From: Eledone cirrhosa
Lineage: Eukaryota
Reading direction: 5' to 3'
Length of the DNA stretch: 64,000 nt
Assembly (NCBI GenBank): GCA_964016885.1
Contig: OZ024743.1
Coordinates: 215,636,001 to 215,700,000, forward strand
This document shows positions 45,908 to 61,677 of the stretch, one piece after another. The position numbers and the translations under genes were made by a program. Every line of letters starts with the position of its first letter. The stretch's first letter is position 1. Below the pieces are notes generated by a model, which was given only the letters and a program-made list of their open reading frames with translations, was not told the DNA's origin and did no database searches.

Positions 45908-47994
45908 TATGTTTCTTTCATTTGCCACCAGGGCATCAAAAATGGGACAAGTACAATGGGGGGGGGGGGGGGTTACAAAACAAGGCGTCCTCAATAAGGA
46001 GGAGGCAATAACAATATATAAAAATAAAATAAAATATCACAAAAAATAAAATTTATAACAAAGTCCTCAATAGAGAGGAGGCGCCTTCGGGGTCGCACAC
46101 ACCCCCGAAAAAAGTGTGCAACCCTTCTCCTCAGGAGCACAGAGAAGGGGTGCTCCCTTGGTCTTTCATCTTCCTCACCTATAGTCTGATGTAGAGTGAA
46201 GGCCCATTCACACGGGCCATTCTCGCCACTTTCACCCATCTTTCATAGAAACGGCTGGGGTGCAGCACCTCTCTCTCCATCCTGATCCTTCTTCCGAAAT
46301 GATATCGGAAGAAACGGACCAGTTGTTGGCCAGAGAGAAAGGTGTCTGACCTCAGTCCTTTCAGACGCGTCCAACATACAACCTCTTTCGCCATGGCTAT
46401 TACGCACAGAAACACCGCCTCTCCTTCGTTTTTGAAGAGGGGTGGCGGCTTGATCGTTACAATAGACTCGGTGGTCAACCGGATCGGTCCCACCATTGAC
46501 AGCAGTTGTTCGACATAGCCCCACAGATCGGCAATGCCCGAGCAGTGTACCAATGCGTGTGCAACGGTTTCCTCGTCGCTCACGCATCTGGGACAGGTCT
46601 TTTTCGATGGGTCCCTACCCGGGTGCCCGTGTCTGTAGAGCCTTTCTTGAACGGGCAGAGCCCTTCTGTAGCATTGCCAGGCCAGGGACCTCTGGAAGTT
46701 ATCCATGGGTCCCGGGCTGAATGTCCTACCGAACAGGTTGGCTAGTTCGTCTTCCTCCATGCCTAGGGCTTCTCCGAGGGCGTCGTCGCACCTGCTAACC
46801 ACCAGCCCTCTATAGAATGACGAGGTGGATTCTCCACTGACAGCCGGGTCCGCCTGCCAGAGAGCCGTGAGCGCCTGGGCACACTCGGTGTGTCAGGCGC
46901 CCAGTTTTCTCGGTCTTTGCTTGAGCCAGGATTGCAGCTCGGTGAGTAAGACGAGTCTGGGAAAGGCTCGCCTCACAAACGGGGCCCACACCGGTTGACC
47001 GGAGAGGAATACCTGAAGGTGCCGTAGCCTTAATGCGTGTTTACGTATCATTAGCCATGGCATCCCCAGCCTTCCTTTCGAAGGGTGTTGACAGCAGATG
47101 GATCTCCTCACCATAGGAGCCCGCTTCTTCCAAAGGAATTGGAAGAGTGCGCGCTCCATTTTGGCGAGCGTTTCCCTTGGGCAAGGCACAACGGTCAGGC
47201 GGTAGTAGATGACGGACGCTATATAAGTGTTCGCCACCTCCGCCCGACCTTTCAGGGACAGTTTGCACTCGGCCCACTTCTGGGTCAGTGCAAACACCTT
47301 GTTCGTCACCTCACCCCAGTTCTTCTCCACCTGGAGGTCTGGTCCGAACCAGACCCCGAGCAACTTCACCGGGCCCTCCGTCAAGCGCCCGACGACGCCA
47401 TCGGAGGGCATCGATCTGCCCCTCCACGTGCCGTGTTGCAGACCGATCGACTTGTCCCGGTTCAGCTTAGCCCCTGTAAACCTTTCGTACTCCTCCAGTA
47501 AGGTGCCGATCGCCCCGATTTCCGAGGCCGTCGACACCATTACTGTTACGTCATCGGCGTAGGCTGACACCGCTTTCCGCAATCCCGGTTCCAACGGGAT
47601 GCCCTGCAACAACTCCAACTTCCGCAGCAGTGGCTCTAGAGTCATTACATACAGAAGGGAGGAGAGAGGGCACCCCTGTCGGATGGACCGCGCGATTTCG
47701 AACGGCTCCGAGAGGTAGCCGTTCACCTTGACCCTAGAGCAGATGCGGCTGCTGTGCATGGCATTGATCCAGCCCCTGAAAACGGGTCCGAAGCCTGCCG
47801 CCGCTATCACCGCATCCAGGTAACCATGGTCGACCCTATCGAATGCCTTAGATTGATCCAAGTTGATCAGGGCCCCACCAAAGCCGGGTTCGTTCCCAAC
47901 CCTCTCTATGATGTATCGCATGAGGTGGAGGTTATCGTGGATGGACCTGGACGGGATAGCACATGTCTGCGCATCTCCCACCAGGTTGTCCACG

Positions 47995-47996
<2 letters not shown>
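45908..47996 (-). mobile_element. Tx1-clade LINE family C, 5'-truncated, in (TA)n
   Basis: ORFs 46893-47993 (RT: LDQSKAFD, QGCPLS, AYADD) and 46179-46802 (CPRC..HALVHC); (TA)n on both flanks. Confidence 0.92.
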
Positions 47997-48065
<69 letters not shown>

Positions 48066-48179
48066 TTATATATGACATTTCATAAAATTGTAGGAATCCA
48101 AGCGCTGAGGCTAGCTGCTAACAGATTATTATCATATGTATAGCAAAACGTCGGGTTAAGATATAACAACTTGTTGAGC

Positions 48180-48390
<211 letters not shown>

Positions 48391-50504
48391 AGAGAATTTG
48401 AGACATGAGAGTAGAAATAAGAAGTGTATATAGCTGGTTTGTCTTCTAGCTCTCGCTTCCTATCTATTTTCGTCTTTTCCTCTGAATCCATGTAAATATA
48501 AGGCAAGAGAAAAATAAGTGGAGATGTAAATGGAAAAGTAAGACTAATGAGCGTCGCCAAATAAGACATTATATAAATGAAAGTGATCACTACTAATGCA
48601 TCTCTTAAATATATAAATATATATATGTTTGTGTCTGTGCGTGAGTATATCTGTGCGTATTTACACACACATATTTGTCTATATCTGTGTAGGCGAGCTA
48701 TTGTATACTGACCAATACCCAGCAAAATAATGTCATGTTATTTATACGCAATGATTCCAAAATATTCAATAATAATTTTATCAATACAGTAAATAAACAG
48801 GAAAGCAGAACGTTCAGTGGGAGAATGGTAATGAATAAGAACGATATTGGTGTTGAAATATAGAAGAGGGGAAATTAATAAATATATGTAAATATAAACA
48901 TTATATTCCCCAGACAGATATCACAGTCTTTTAAATATAAAAATCCGATTTAAATTGACGTCTGAGTGGAAATGTCGATAGAGGATAGAAATAAGTAAAC
49001 AATATTTTTCATTAACAAACTTTCACACATTCATAAAAATTATATATGTTTATATATGCGTCTGTATATTTGACGTGGGTAAGCATTTATATGGTTATAC
49101 ACATTTGGTCGGGTGTTGTTGTTGTTTTTCTTTTCAGTTATGTCTCCCGTTATAATATTCTATTATATGTACGATAATATTAAGAGACGAGTGGATGTTT
49201 CCAGTACCATGAGCTAATCCGGTTAAAAGCAAACGATAAGGTTGTATTTATATAGCTTTTTCGCTTTTAATCGTGATTGTTGATGTTGCTGACGTTGCTT
49301 ACCCCAAATGTTATACTTGAGGCAGACCAATGATTAGATATACTTATCAGGTATTCGGTACTTCAGACTGAATAATCATATGTGACGTATTTCAGAAAGT
49401 ATGGTCGGATTTAATGGAATATTAACTGTGAATTTAGCGATTAAAACTATAAAGTAAAAGTGGAGAATTAATTATAATACTTAATGTGTTGAGTGGTACA
49501 TGAGATGAGACACATGCAACGAATTTCTGCTCAGGAGAAAAACAAGTAGAGAAGTGGAGAAAATACAAAGAAACAGACAAATCGAGATAGAGGGTTTGTG
49601 AGAGAGAGACACAGATTGATAAAGATTAGGAAACCTGTGGTGCGTAAAACATAAAATAATTTTATAATAACGATTTTTAATGCGTTAGCATATGTAGTTA
49701 ACTGATGAAAAGAACTCCACTCCTAACATAGTTCCTAAATCAGTAAAAAATCTAAATGCAACCATGTCAAAGAAAAAGAGGTACGATTGCTATATGCCAA
49801 CACTGATGTCACTAGATAATTGATTTCTGTAATGCTATCATTGGTGTGGGGCTGCACTATATGTCTAACACTAATAGTTTTCATCCGTGTTACAGAAATG
49901 TTTTATATATTATATAATATCCCTGTATATCTAACCCGGAAAATACTCTTGTTTATATAGCGCCATGTTATACTATTGTTTCATAGTACAAATATAATAT
50001 AATAACACATTCTCCATTCAATAATGAAATTGATTACTCCGGTAAAATTTATCTCGATAGAATATAATGTATTACTTGAATTGTTGTCAATAAAGATTAC
50101 GTTTTACGAAAGAACGTGAAGAAAAGTATACTTCTTACAAGCACAACTTACGCCATATCCATTTAAACCTGCAATTGTAAAATATTAGCTGCTGCATTTA
50201 CTTTGTCACACGAACTTTCCGCCACATTAGTTTTAGTTAATATAAATATGTTTTTAGTTAATGTAAAATATGTTTTGGTGATGTCAAGCAATATATATTG
50301 ACACGTACACACACACATACATATATATATATGTGTGTGTGTGTGTGTATGCGGGTGTGTGTATGTATATACGTCAATACACATATTATTTTCCATGTCT
50401 TAGAGGGTTATAAACCCATATATCGGGCTAGAGTAAAATTTCTTATACGGCGAAAGCTATTTCTAATATCAAAACTCGCTCGCTGTTTGAAAACAAACTT
50501 ACTA

Positions 50505-50594
<90 letters not shown>

Positions 50595-50622
50595 GTTATG
50601 TAATAAACAACATAAGATAATT

Positions 50623-50690
50623 AATTCATTTAACAAAGGTTTCTTGAAGACAGACGAGCTTATGACTGCATTCAGTCATCAGAACGAATT
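50623..50690 (-). ncRNA. degenerate type I hammerhead motif
   Basis: Minus strand: aattcgtt-CTGATGA-ctgaa..ttcaa-GAAA-cctttgt-TA-aatgaatt; 8-bp stem I, poor stem III. Confidence 0.5.
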
Positions 50691-51016
50691 TATTAAAATG
50701 GACTAGAGGTGTGGATTTGAAAACAGGGTTTAGGATAAATGAAAGTCAGGCAAAAATAAAATAACGAACATTAATTAAGGGGGAAGAAAAAATATGTAAA
50801 TATACAAATACAGAAACACACGCATATACGTAAAAATATGCAAACATACATATACATATACGTATACGTGCGCCTACATGGAAATACAAATACTCACATA
50901 TACATGCGTTCTTTCGCTCACAAATGCGCACACACACGCACACATACTCAAAAATAACACATAGATATACGTACCCACATCTCTCCATACATACGCATAT
51001 ATATATATATACATAT

Positions 51017-51085
<69 letters not shown>

Positions 51086-51086
<1 letters not shown>

Positions 51087-51273
51087 GTTATTCCGGGTTG
51101 AATCGGAGGTAACCACAGTAAGTAAGGTACTCAATACATAGCAGAGTATAAAAGTTTTAATAAAGATGAGATTCTACAGGACTAGAACTGTTTCATTCAT
51201 TAGAAATCATCAGGATTCCTGATGATTTCTAATGAATGAAACAGTTCTAGTACTGTAGAATCTCATCTATATT

Positions 51274-51277
<4 letters not shown>
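51086..51277. mobile_element. compact fold-back element in (TA)n with two back-to-back hammerheads
   Basis: Near-perfect palindrome 51155-51277 centred at ~51216, plus a unique arm carrying tattgagtac on the minus strand. Confidence 0.88.
51214..51262 (+). ncRNA. type I hammerhead ribozyme (mirror copy on - strand at ~51170-51218)
   Basis: gattc-CTGATGA-t ttc taat gaa t-GAAA-cagt tctagt actg-TA-gaatc. Confidence 0.82.
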
Positions 51278-51333
<56 letters not shown>

Positions 51334-51436
51334 GTTCTAGAGTCAACCAATCTTAAAGGGAGAGATGCAGATAGGAGAGGAGAAGAGAGATTGGTGAGGT
51401 TGTTAGAAACCAAAAGCGTAGAGGCATGTGCTCAAT

Positions 51437-52968
51437 GGTGCCGAGTTGCAGGCCCACTGACTTTTCCTGGTTGACCATTGCCCCTGTCAACGCTTCGTAT
51501 TCAGTTAGTGTAGTGCCGATCGCCTCGATGTGTTTGGCGTTCGACACCACTACGGTGACATCGTCCGCATATGCTGACACGGATCTTCCGCATCCTAGTT
51601 CGCGCGAGATCACCCTCAACGTCTCCAGTTTGTGCAGTAATGGCTCGAGAGTCAATACGTACAAGAGGGACGAGAGGGGACATCCTTGGCGGACCGAGCG
51701 CATGATGTTGAACGGTTCCGAAATATGACCGTTCACTCTCATCACAGAGCCGATGTCGCTGTGCATGGCAGCAATCCAGCCTCTGAAGACGGGCCCAAAG
51801 CCAGCCGACCTCAGGACTGCGGCTAGGTAACGATGGTGAACCCTATCGAAAGCTTTCGACTGATCTAAATTGATCAAGGACCCACCCGTGCCAGGTTCCC
51901 TAGCTACACTCTCTACGATGTATCGCATGAGGTGGAGGTTGTCGTGGATGGATCTGTCGGGAATGGCGCATGACTGCGCCTCTCCCACCAGACCAACAAC
52001 GACAAGAGCCAACCACTTTGCTAGCATCTTGGCCAAAATCTTGAACTCTGTGTTTAGCATAGTTGTGGGCCTGAAATTATCTATGTGATCCCCCTTATTC
52101 GGATCCTTTCTCAGCAGTGCCACCACTCATCGGCTCACAGAGCTGGGAATTCTCCCGTTCTGTTGCCAGTTGCAGTAGACGTCGCCAAGAGGCCTCCGAA
52201 CATGTCTGGAATCTGTACGTAAAGTTCATAAGGCAGACAATCCAAACTAGGCGATGTACCCCTTGTGCAGCCAGTCATTGCCTCCGTACTTCAGCGGCTG
52301 TTATCGGCTTTTCGCAACACTCCGCCTCAGTGGCTGAGAGCCGCGGCAGTCCGTTGATGTAGAACTAAAGTGCATCCCTCGACCCGGCCGCCGCTGCCCC
52401 AAAACAGCTGTGCAAAGTGTCACTGAAATGCTTCACACATATGCCCGGGATCAATTAGCATGCGCCAATCGTGGTCCACCAAAACCGGATCATGGCTTTG
52501 TTGCCACGACACACCTCCGCCACTCAGGCCCATTGAACGGCTTTCGTCCCCTCGTGTCTGAGAGCACGCACCCTATCTCTGACAACGCAGCTTTCGTGCT
52601 TTTTGCATTGAATAATTGTTAACGAACCAATTTCGCCGCAAGTACGTCGGTCGCGATGCCTTTGGTAAGCGCCTCGTCTAATTTTCTAACTAGTTCTCCC
52701 TCTGCTCTATGTTTCCCTATTGCTAAAGCCTTACTAAAACTAATGGACTCTGTTATAATCGATCTTTTCAGAGCAAACCACCACTTGTTGTTGAAGATGG
52801 CCCCCGTCAACGCCTGCTTAACTAGTTCACTAATCTGGCCTCTGTAGGCCTTGTGCGCAGGTAAGGACGCGTTTAGTTTCCAGTAGCTGGGTCCTCGTCT
52901 ATGAAGCCTATCTAAGTCAAGCACATCGATCACGAATTTGTGGTCCGTGTAGCTGACTAACTTGAATT
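51437..52968 (-). mobile_element. Tx1 family B internal ORF2 fragment, decayed
   Basis: High similarity to 19637-21172; ORF 51353-52126 carries RT motifs. Confidence 0.92.
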
Positions 52969-54592
52969 GCCCATCACATCATGTCTCCAGCCCTTATAGT
53001 GAGTCTGGTCTAGGTGTTTACACTCGGATACAATGTGAGCCACAGTCTCCTCTCTCTCCCCACAGATTCTGCCCAGTGGGCTAGCCTCCTCCTTGTAAAT
53101 ATGGTGTTTCAACCACTTCGTTTTCAGGGCCTGCTCTTGCGCAGCCATTAACATTCCTTCTGTAGCCTTTTTAAGGTCTCCTCTTTTCAACCAATTCCAT
53201 GTCTGTCGATCTCTGAATTCAGTTTTCTCAAAGAAGGTACTATGAAGGGATTTTTCATGAAGGCTGCTCTTTCTCCTTGTAGTTATTTCCTCCTTGGACA
53301 TCCCCTGGTCTATTGTCCTCTCCTTCAGTACAGTTCTGATCATTGGCTCCTTACCATCAGTCACGTATTTGTTTAGGTTGTTTTTCTCCATCTGAACACA
53401 GTCCTCTATGCTGATAAGACCTCTTCCACCTTCAGATCTCCTTAAGTAGAGTCTATCGACATCACTCCTCTTGTTGAACATCTTGTAGATAGTCAATAGC
53501 TTCCTAGTCTTCCTATCCATTTCTTTTTGTTCAGCAACATTCCATCTCAGATTTCCCGCACTGTACCTAATAATAGACACAGCTCGGGAATGTACTGCAC
53601 TTATGGCATTCATACTGTTCAGATGTGAATTTAATACGCTCCTTACTCTTCGAATGTATTCAGATCTTATCAATTCCTTCATTTTTTCGTTCTTGATGTC
53701 ATCAGCCTCCAGAACACCCCAATACTTGTATCCTTCTTCAGTGTCAATTTCCTTTATCATCTCACCTGTTGGTACCTGGATTCAATTGCTTCTGCTCAAT
53801 TTACTCCTCTTCATCACAAGTATTCCACACTTACTAATACAAAATTGCATACATATATCATTGCTGAAAATACGGACAGTGTCAACAAGCACATCCAACT
53901 CCTACTCACTCTTCCCGAAGGGCTTAAGATCGTGCATGGAGAGGAGGTGATTGATGGTAAGCTTTCCCTTTAACAACTTGTATCCTGCTCTTACTTTTCG
54001 CAGTATAATAGTCAGAGGCATCAGGGCAAGGAGGGGCCATCTATCTCCCTGGAAGATAGCTCTCTTGATATTTACGCCTCCCAATGATTCTCCAGCTGAT
54101 GTTAACTCTGTTTTCCAGGACTACATACTTTTGCCCAACAACTGTCTGATGTTATCTGCCACCTTAAAGATATCTGGTGATACATGTCAAATGCCTTTTT
54201 GTAGTCTATCCATCCCATGGCAAGACCAGTGTGTCTCCTCTTGCAATTCCTCATTACCATCTTATCAATAAGTAACTCGTCCTTTGTACCACGGGACTTC
54301 TTTCGGCATCCTTTCTGTTCGTCCGGTAACATGTTTTTTGTGTGCAGGTGATTTCCTCAGACATAATGCTTGTCAACAGTTTCCACATTACGGACAGACA
54401 TGTGATAGGTCTATAGTTGGTAACATCATTACCCTTGATTCGGTCTTTCATTACCCGAACTGTGGTACCTTTTGTCAACCACTCTGGTACCTCACCTGAC
54501 ATCAAGCAGTCATTGAACATGGTTGTCAGTTTCGGGTGGAGGGATGTTATATTTTTAATCCAATACCCCTGCACACTATCTGGGCCTGGTGA
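52967..54592 (-). mobile_element. R4/Dong family X internal fragment (RT to CCHC), 3' end lost
   Basis: ORFs 54254-54574, 54102-54332 and 52957-53760 match 31220-32877. Confidence 0.92.
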
Positions 54593-54639
54593 TTATTTTT
54601 ATTATTATTATTGTCATTATTATTATTATTATTATTATT

Positions 54640-57600
54640 GAATGCTATAGTTGACGGAGGCTCGGCTCTGTAAGGTATTGTAAATTTTGGCCGCTATAAC
54701 AATTGTAAATTGTTTAAAACTTTAACCAGATTGTTATCAAAAGCACCCTCCTCCTCGTGAGAAGGGCCTTTCTGCCCGTTATTTGGCCCTTCGGGGTTAA
54801 AAAACTGCTTATTGGGGTTTTGTGCCCAATATTTATTTTAAACAAAAAAAAACATGGCTACGAAAAAGAATTTTCATAGATCACTCCCACTCATTCCGTC
54901 TTCTTCTTCCTCAATCGTCACTACAGCAGAGAGAAGATTGTCTCTCTCCCTCCCTTCTCTAAATGTGTCTCTCTCCCTCCCTTCTCTTTCGCAAGCGGCG
55001 CCAGAAAGAAAAATCACGTGCAAAGCGTGCAAGATTTCTCCACGACGACAACGACGACGACGAAAAAGGTGTGCGGGAAATACGAAAACCCATTTCATTC
55101 GTCTGACATCATGAATAATAACAGTAGCAGCCGTAATAACAGCAGCAGCAGCAACAGTGGCAAGGAAAATAACAGTAGCAGCCGCAACAGCATCAGCAGC
55201 AGCATAAACAACAACAGCATTAGCAGCAACGGCAACACCAACAGCAGCAGCAACAACAACAACAACCACAGCAACAGCGGTGGCGGCAGTAGTCGTAGTA
55301 CCGGCAGCAACAACAAAAGGAATAGCAGCTCTGACGACAACAACAACAACAACAACAGCAGCAAAGAAAAACCAATCTCGTTTGCAGGTATAGCAAAGAA
55401 CCTGGTGACGAAAACCGGACACCGAGCAATCTGCAAGGCAGCGGAAACATTTTTCGAAACCCAACAGCACTGTACGGTCACGTACTGTATAGTAAGCACA
55501 AAATCCCGTAGGGTTGAAAGAGCCACAGAGGCTCAAATACAATAAGCTTTAGGGTCTGTGTGGCAGCGGAAAACGCATATCACCCGAGGCAAGAAACATG
55601 GCACCGTAGACGTGCTTTTTGCCACACCCCAGGAGGCAAAGGCTCAATCCTTAGTGACCTTAAGGAGCGAGGAAATGGTGTTGGTGCCCTCCTACTGCGG
55701 GCAAAAATTGTGAGGGTCAAACTGACCCACGTCCCCCCGGGATGGCCCCTTCTTGGCTGGCCGCGTATGTCCTCGTCGGAATCGAGGACAAAACAACTGT
55801 ACTGCAAGTACAGAAAAAAGTAAGAGAAGATTGGGTCGGCACCTCCATTGAGATGTTAATCCAAACCAACCAGGAGTGCATCGAAGCTATCCCGGATGTG
55901 ATAGACTTCGATAACGGCATCAACTGCCCATAAGTGTTGAGGGCAAACGCCCGAAATTCTTTCGCTGTGAATCAAAGACTCACCTCAGGGCCTTCTGCAA
56001 CAAGAAGACCCTGAGAAAGGAGAAAACCCCCCTCCTTCCGAAACCGTCTCCACGGCTACCAGCAACAGGACAAGCGGTAACCAGGAACGATAGGTCCGTG
56101 GCACCCATACCCACGCCACGGAAATCAAGAACAGCAGCAGCAGTGGAAGTATTAACAACAACAACAGTAATATCAAATACAGTTGCAACAGCGACTCTAC
56201 TGCAAACATCACCAAGAACAACAAGTGAAATAGTGGAGCTGGTACCCCTCCCCGACCTCACAGAATCAGACATGGAGTGTGAGGTGGGAGAGGGATGGAA
56301 AAAGGTCGTAAGAAGGCACAAACGCAGAAGCAGCGCATCGTCGCCTTCGAAAAGGGAGGAAAGAAATGAAAAAAGGGTAAAGGCTACTGCAAAGAGACTC
56401 ACAGCAGCAACACCACCAACATCATCACCACCCACACTAGCACCACCATCACCACCAGCGACAACCTCACCGCCAACAACAACAACACCTTCAACACCAC
56501 CACCACAAGCACCAACATCGCAAACACAACAACAAAACACACACACCCAGCAACATCAACAAGAAAATAGCTGAACCACACCCCACCCCCAGAAAAACAA
56601 ATGCACAGCAATAAATACACACAACAAGAAACTAATGACTTACATAATTGAACACACAGACATTTCACAGCACGACTACATAATACCAGCACCAATCAAA
56701 ACGCCAACGATCAAGTGAAAACGGATGGAGAAACCATCCTTCCTCTACGAAAAGTAAGGTAAGTTGTCTTTCCCATCTTTTCCACTACAATTTAAACATG
56801 ATCTCATTCAGAATAGGCACGATGTGTACGCAACTCCCAGCCGTCCTGGATCGGGGGGAGGAGTCGCTGTGCTTTTTCGGACCCAGATGGTAAGTTGGTG
56901 GTGCTGGACGTGACCAGCGGAGACGGGCAAGCTTTCAGGCTAGTGGACTTCTATGCCCCGACAGGAGCAGGGAAGCCTGATTTCTTCCGGCGTCTGGAGA
57001 CCTTTCTTGGAACGTCCCGCTCTTTAGTGTTAGTGGGCGACTGGAACGGGATCTTAGATGCACGCTGGCACTGTGTGGGATTAGCGGATAGGGGTGGATG
57101 GTGCAAGAGCCTCACCAACCTGCTCAGGCGTTTTGAATGGTCTGACAGGTACCGATTGGATTTCACGAATGTGCCAATGTGGAATTCGACAAATCGCATA
57201 GGGTCATCCAGATCATATCTAGATAGAGTATTTTGTAGGGAAATAGACAGGTCTAGCATAGGCTGTCCACAATTCAAGATAGTCAGCTACACGGACCACA
57301 AATTCGTGATCTGTGTGCTTGACTAAGATAGGCTTCATAGACGAGGACCCGGCTACTGGAAACTAAACGCGTCCTTACCAGCGCGCAAGGCCTACAGAGA
57401 ACGGATTAGCGAACCTAGTTAAGCGGGCGTTGACGGGGCCATCGTCAACAACAAATGGTGGTTTGATCTGAAAAGAGCGATTAGAATAGAATCCATTAGG
57501 TTTAATAAGGCTTTAGCAATAGAGAAAAATAGAGCAGAGGGAGAACTAATTAGAAAATTAGACGAGGCGCTTACCAAAGGCATCGCGACCGACGTGCTTG

Positions 57601-60250
57601 CGGCGAAATTGGCCCTTGACCAATTCTTCAATGCAAAGCACGAAGGCTGCCTTGTCAGAGCTAGGGTACGTGCTCTCAGACATGAGGGGACGAAAGCCGT
57701 TCAATGGGCCCGAGTGGCGGAGGCGCGTCGTGGCAACAAAGCCACGATCCTATCTTTGGTGGACCACGACGGGCACATGCTACTCGATCCTGGGCAAATG
57801 TGTGAAGCTTTTCAGCGACATTTCGCGCAGTTGTGCAGGGGCAGCGGTGGGCCGGGTCGAGGATTGGACTTTAGTGTCTACCTCGACGAACTGCCGCGGC
57901 TCTCGGCCACTGAGGCGGAGTGTTGCAAAAATCCGATAACAGCCGCTGAAGTACGAGAGGCAAAGACTGGCTGCACAAGGGGTAAATCGGCTGGTTTGGA
58001 TGGTCTGCCCTATGAACTTTACGTACAGATGCCACACTTGTTCGGAGGCCTCTTGGCGGACGTATACTGCAACTGGCAACAGAACGGGAGAATTCCCAGC
58101 TCTGTGAGCCGAGGAGCGGTGGCACTGCTGAGAAAGGATCCGAACAAGGTGGATAACATAGATAATTTCAGGCCCATGACTCTGCTAAACATAGAGTTCA
58201 AGATTTTGGCAGAGGTGCTAGCAAAGAGGTTGGTGGTCTGGTGGGAGAGGCGCAGATATGCGCCATTCCCGACAGATCCATCCACGACAACCTCCACCTC
58301 ATGCGATACATCGTAGAGAGTGTAGCTAGGGAACCTGGCACGGGTGGGTCCTTGATCAATTTAGATCAGTCGAATGCTTTCGATAGGGTCGACCATCGTT
58401 ACCTAGCGGCAGTCCTGAGGTCGGCTGGCTTTGGGCCCGTCTTCAGAGGGTAGATCGCTGCCATGCACAGCGCCACATGCTCTGTGGTGAGAGTGAACGG
58501 TCACCTTTCGGAACCGTTCAACATCATGCGCACGGTCCGCCAAGGATGTCCCCTCTCGTCCCTCTTGTACGTATTGATTCTCGAGCCATTACTGCACAAA
58601 CTGGAGACGTTGAGGGGCGTCCCACGCGAACTATGATGCAGAAGATCCGTGTCAGCATATGCGGACGACGTCACCGTAGTGGTGTCGAACGCCAAACACA
58701 TCGAGGCGATCGGCACTACACTAAGAGAATACGAAGCGTTGACAGGAGCAATGATCAACCAGGAACATTCAGTGGGCCTGCAGATCGGCCCCTGGAGAGG
58801 CAGGTCCATGCCGTCCAACAGCGTGGTCGGACGCTGGAAGGACGGACCGGTCAAATTGCTAGGGGTCTGGTTCGAGGGTCGAGGTGACGAGCAGGGTGGC
58901 TTCTCTCACCCTGAGATGGGTGGAGGGAAATCTATCCCTGAAAGGTCGAGCGGAGGTGGCTAACGAGTACATCGCGTCTGTCATCTGCTACCCCATGACC
59001 CTCATACCTTGTCCTAAGCCCCGCCTGACTAAGCTGGAGCGTTTGCTCTTTCGCTTTATGTGGAAGGGACGCGCTCCGATGGTCAGGCGGTCCATCTGCT
59101 GTCAACACCCGCTACGTGGAGGGCCGGGCATGCCGTGGCTGATGATGCGCAGACACGCGCTCAGGCTACGACATCTCCACCTCTTCCTCGACGGTGATCA
59201 GGTGTGGTCGCCGTTTGCTAGGCACGTATTTCCCCAGCTCGTTTCCTTGACGGAGCTGCAGTCCTGGGTCAAGCGAATGACCGAGAAGGAGCCCTTGGAG
59301 ACTGGAATATCTTCAGGCGCTCACAGCCCTCGACCAATTGGGCAATGTGATCGGTGGAAACTCCACCTCGGCGTTCTATAGAGGATTAGTGTAGGGGAAG
59401 AGCGACGACGTACTTGGGGAAAATCTAGGCGTCGACGAAAATCAAGTAGCCAATCTCTTCGGAAGAACTTTCTGGCCAGGACCTAGGGACAACTTCCAGA
59501 AATCTCTGGCCTGGCAGTGCTACCGAGGAGCCTTGCCAGTTCGGGATAAACTGTACAGGCATGGAGGTGCCGTCAGCCGGGCATGTCCGAGATGCGCGCA
59601 GTGCGACGAAACCGTCCTGCACGCACTCGTCCAGTGTCCGAAAATTGCTGACTTGTGGGTTTATGTCGAACACCCGCTGTCGCGTGTAGGACGGATCCGG
59701 CTATCATCTGAGCCCATCGTGAGGATTGCCCCGCCCTGTTCCTTTAGCCGGGAAGAGCAGGCAGTTTTTATCTGTCTGGTGGGCATGGCGAAAGAGATAG
59801 TATGGTGGACACGTTTGAAAGGGCTGAAAACGAGCACTTACCTCCTCGGTGATGCCCTGATTGACTTTTTCAAACTTCATTTGAAAAGGAAAATCAGAGT
59901 AGTGAGGGATGTGCTCTCTTCCCAGCATTTTGTTGAAAGATGGGTGAGAGAAGCAAGAGTGACCCGAGTGAATGGGCCTACTCTGAGTACGTATACGTAA
60001 ATTAAAGGTGGAAAACTGGGAGAGGGCACTTGCCTTGGTGGTCAGGGTCACTGTGGCCTTTTACTGGGCTTTCTCCACAAATGTCCCTCCGAAGTCTCCC
60101 CACTATTGGGGAATTTTCATTGTTATTTTTTTGTTACATCCTCTGTTTTTGTTTTTTACACGCAGAAATGCCCATTAGTACCGTCCTGTATTGTCCTGAA
60201 CTGTCTTGAATGTCTACTTTATGTAAACCCTTGTGGTTAATAAAGAAATT
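54640..60250 (+). mobile_element. Tx1 family B, second full-span copy with deletions and stops
   Basis: Same 5' end (att|gaatgc) and 3' end (ccttgtggttaataaagaaat(att)n) as 18151-24170; ORF1 and ORF2 are fragmented. Confidence 0.95.
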
Positions 60251-60315
60251 ATTATTATTATTATTATTATTACTATTCCTTACATTAAACTATAATTACA
60301 TATATATATATATAT

Positions 60316-60690
<375 letters not shown>

Positions 60691-60711
60691 GTGTGTATGT
60701 ATGTGGCTATG

Positions 60712-60742
<31 letters not shown>

Positions 60743-60862
60743 TTGTGTATATATATATATACACATACAGACACATGCATATGCACTCTATATACACAGA
60801 CATACATATACTGACACACACGCACGCTTACACATGAGTGTGCACACGAAAGGGGGAAATAA

Positions 60863-61677
<815 letters not shown>

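Noticed and set aside
49823-49899. Imperfect hairpin resembling a pre-miRNA
   Set aside because: Large asymmetric bulge, AT-rich, no recognisable mature miRNA; needs small-RNA data.
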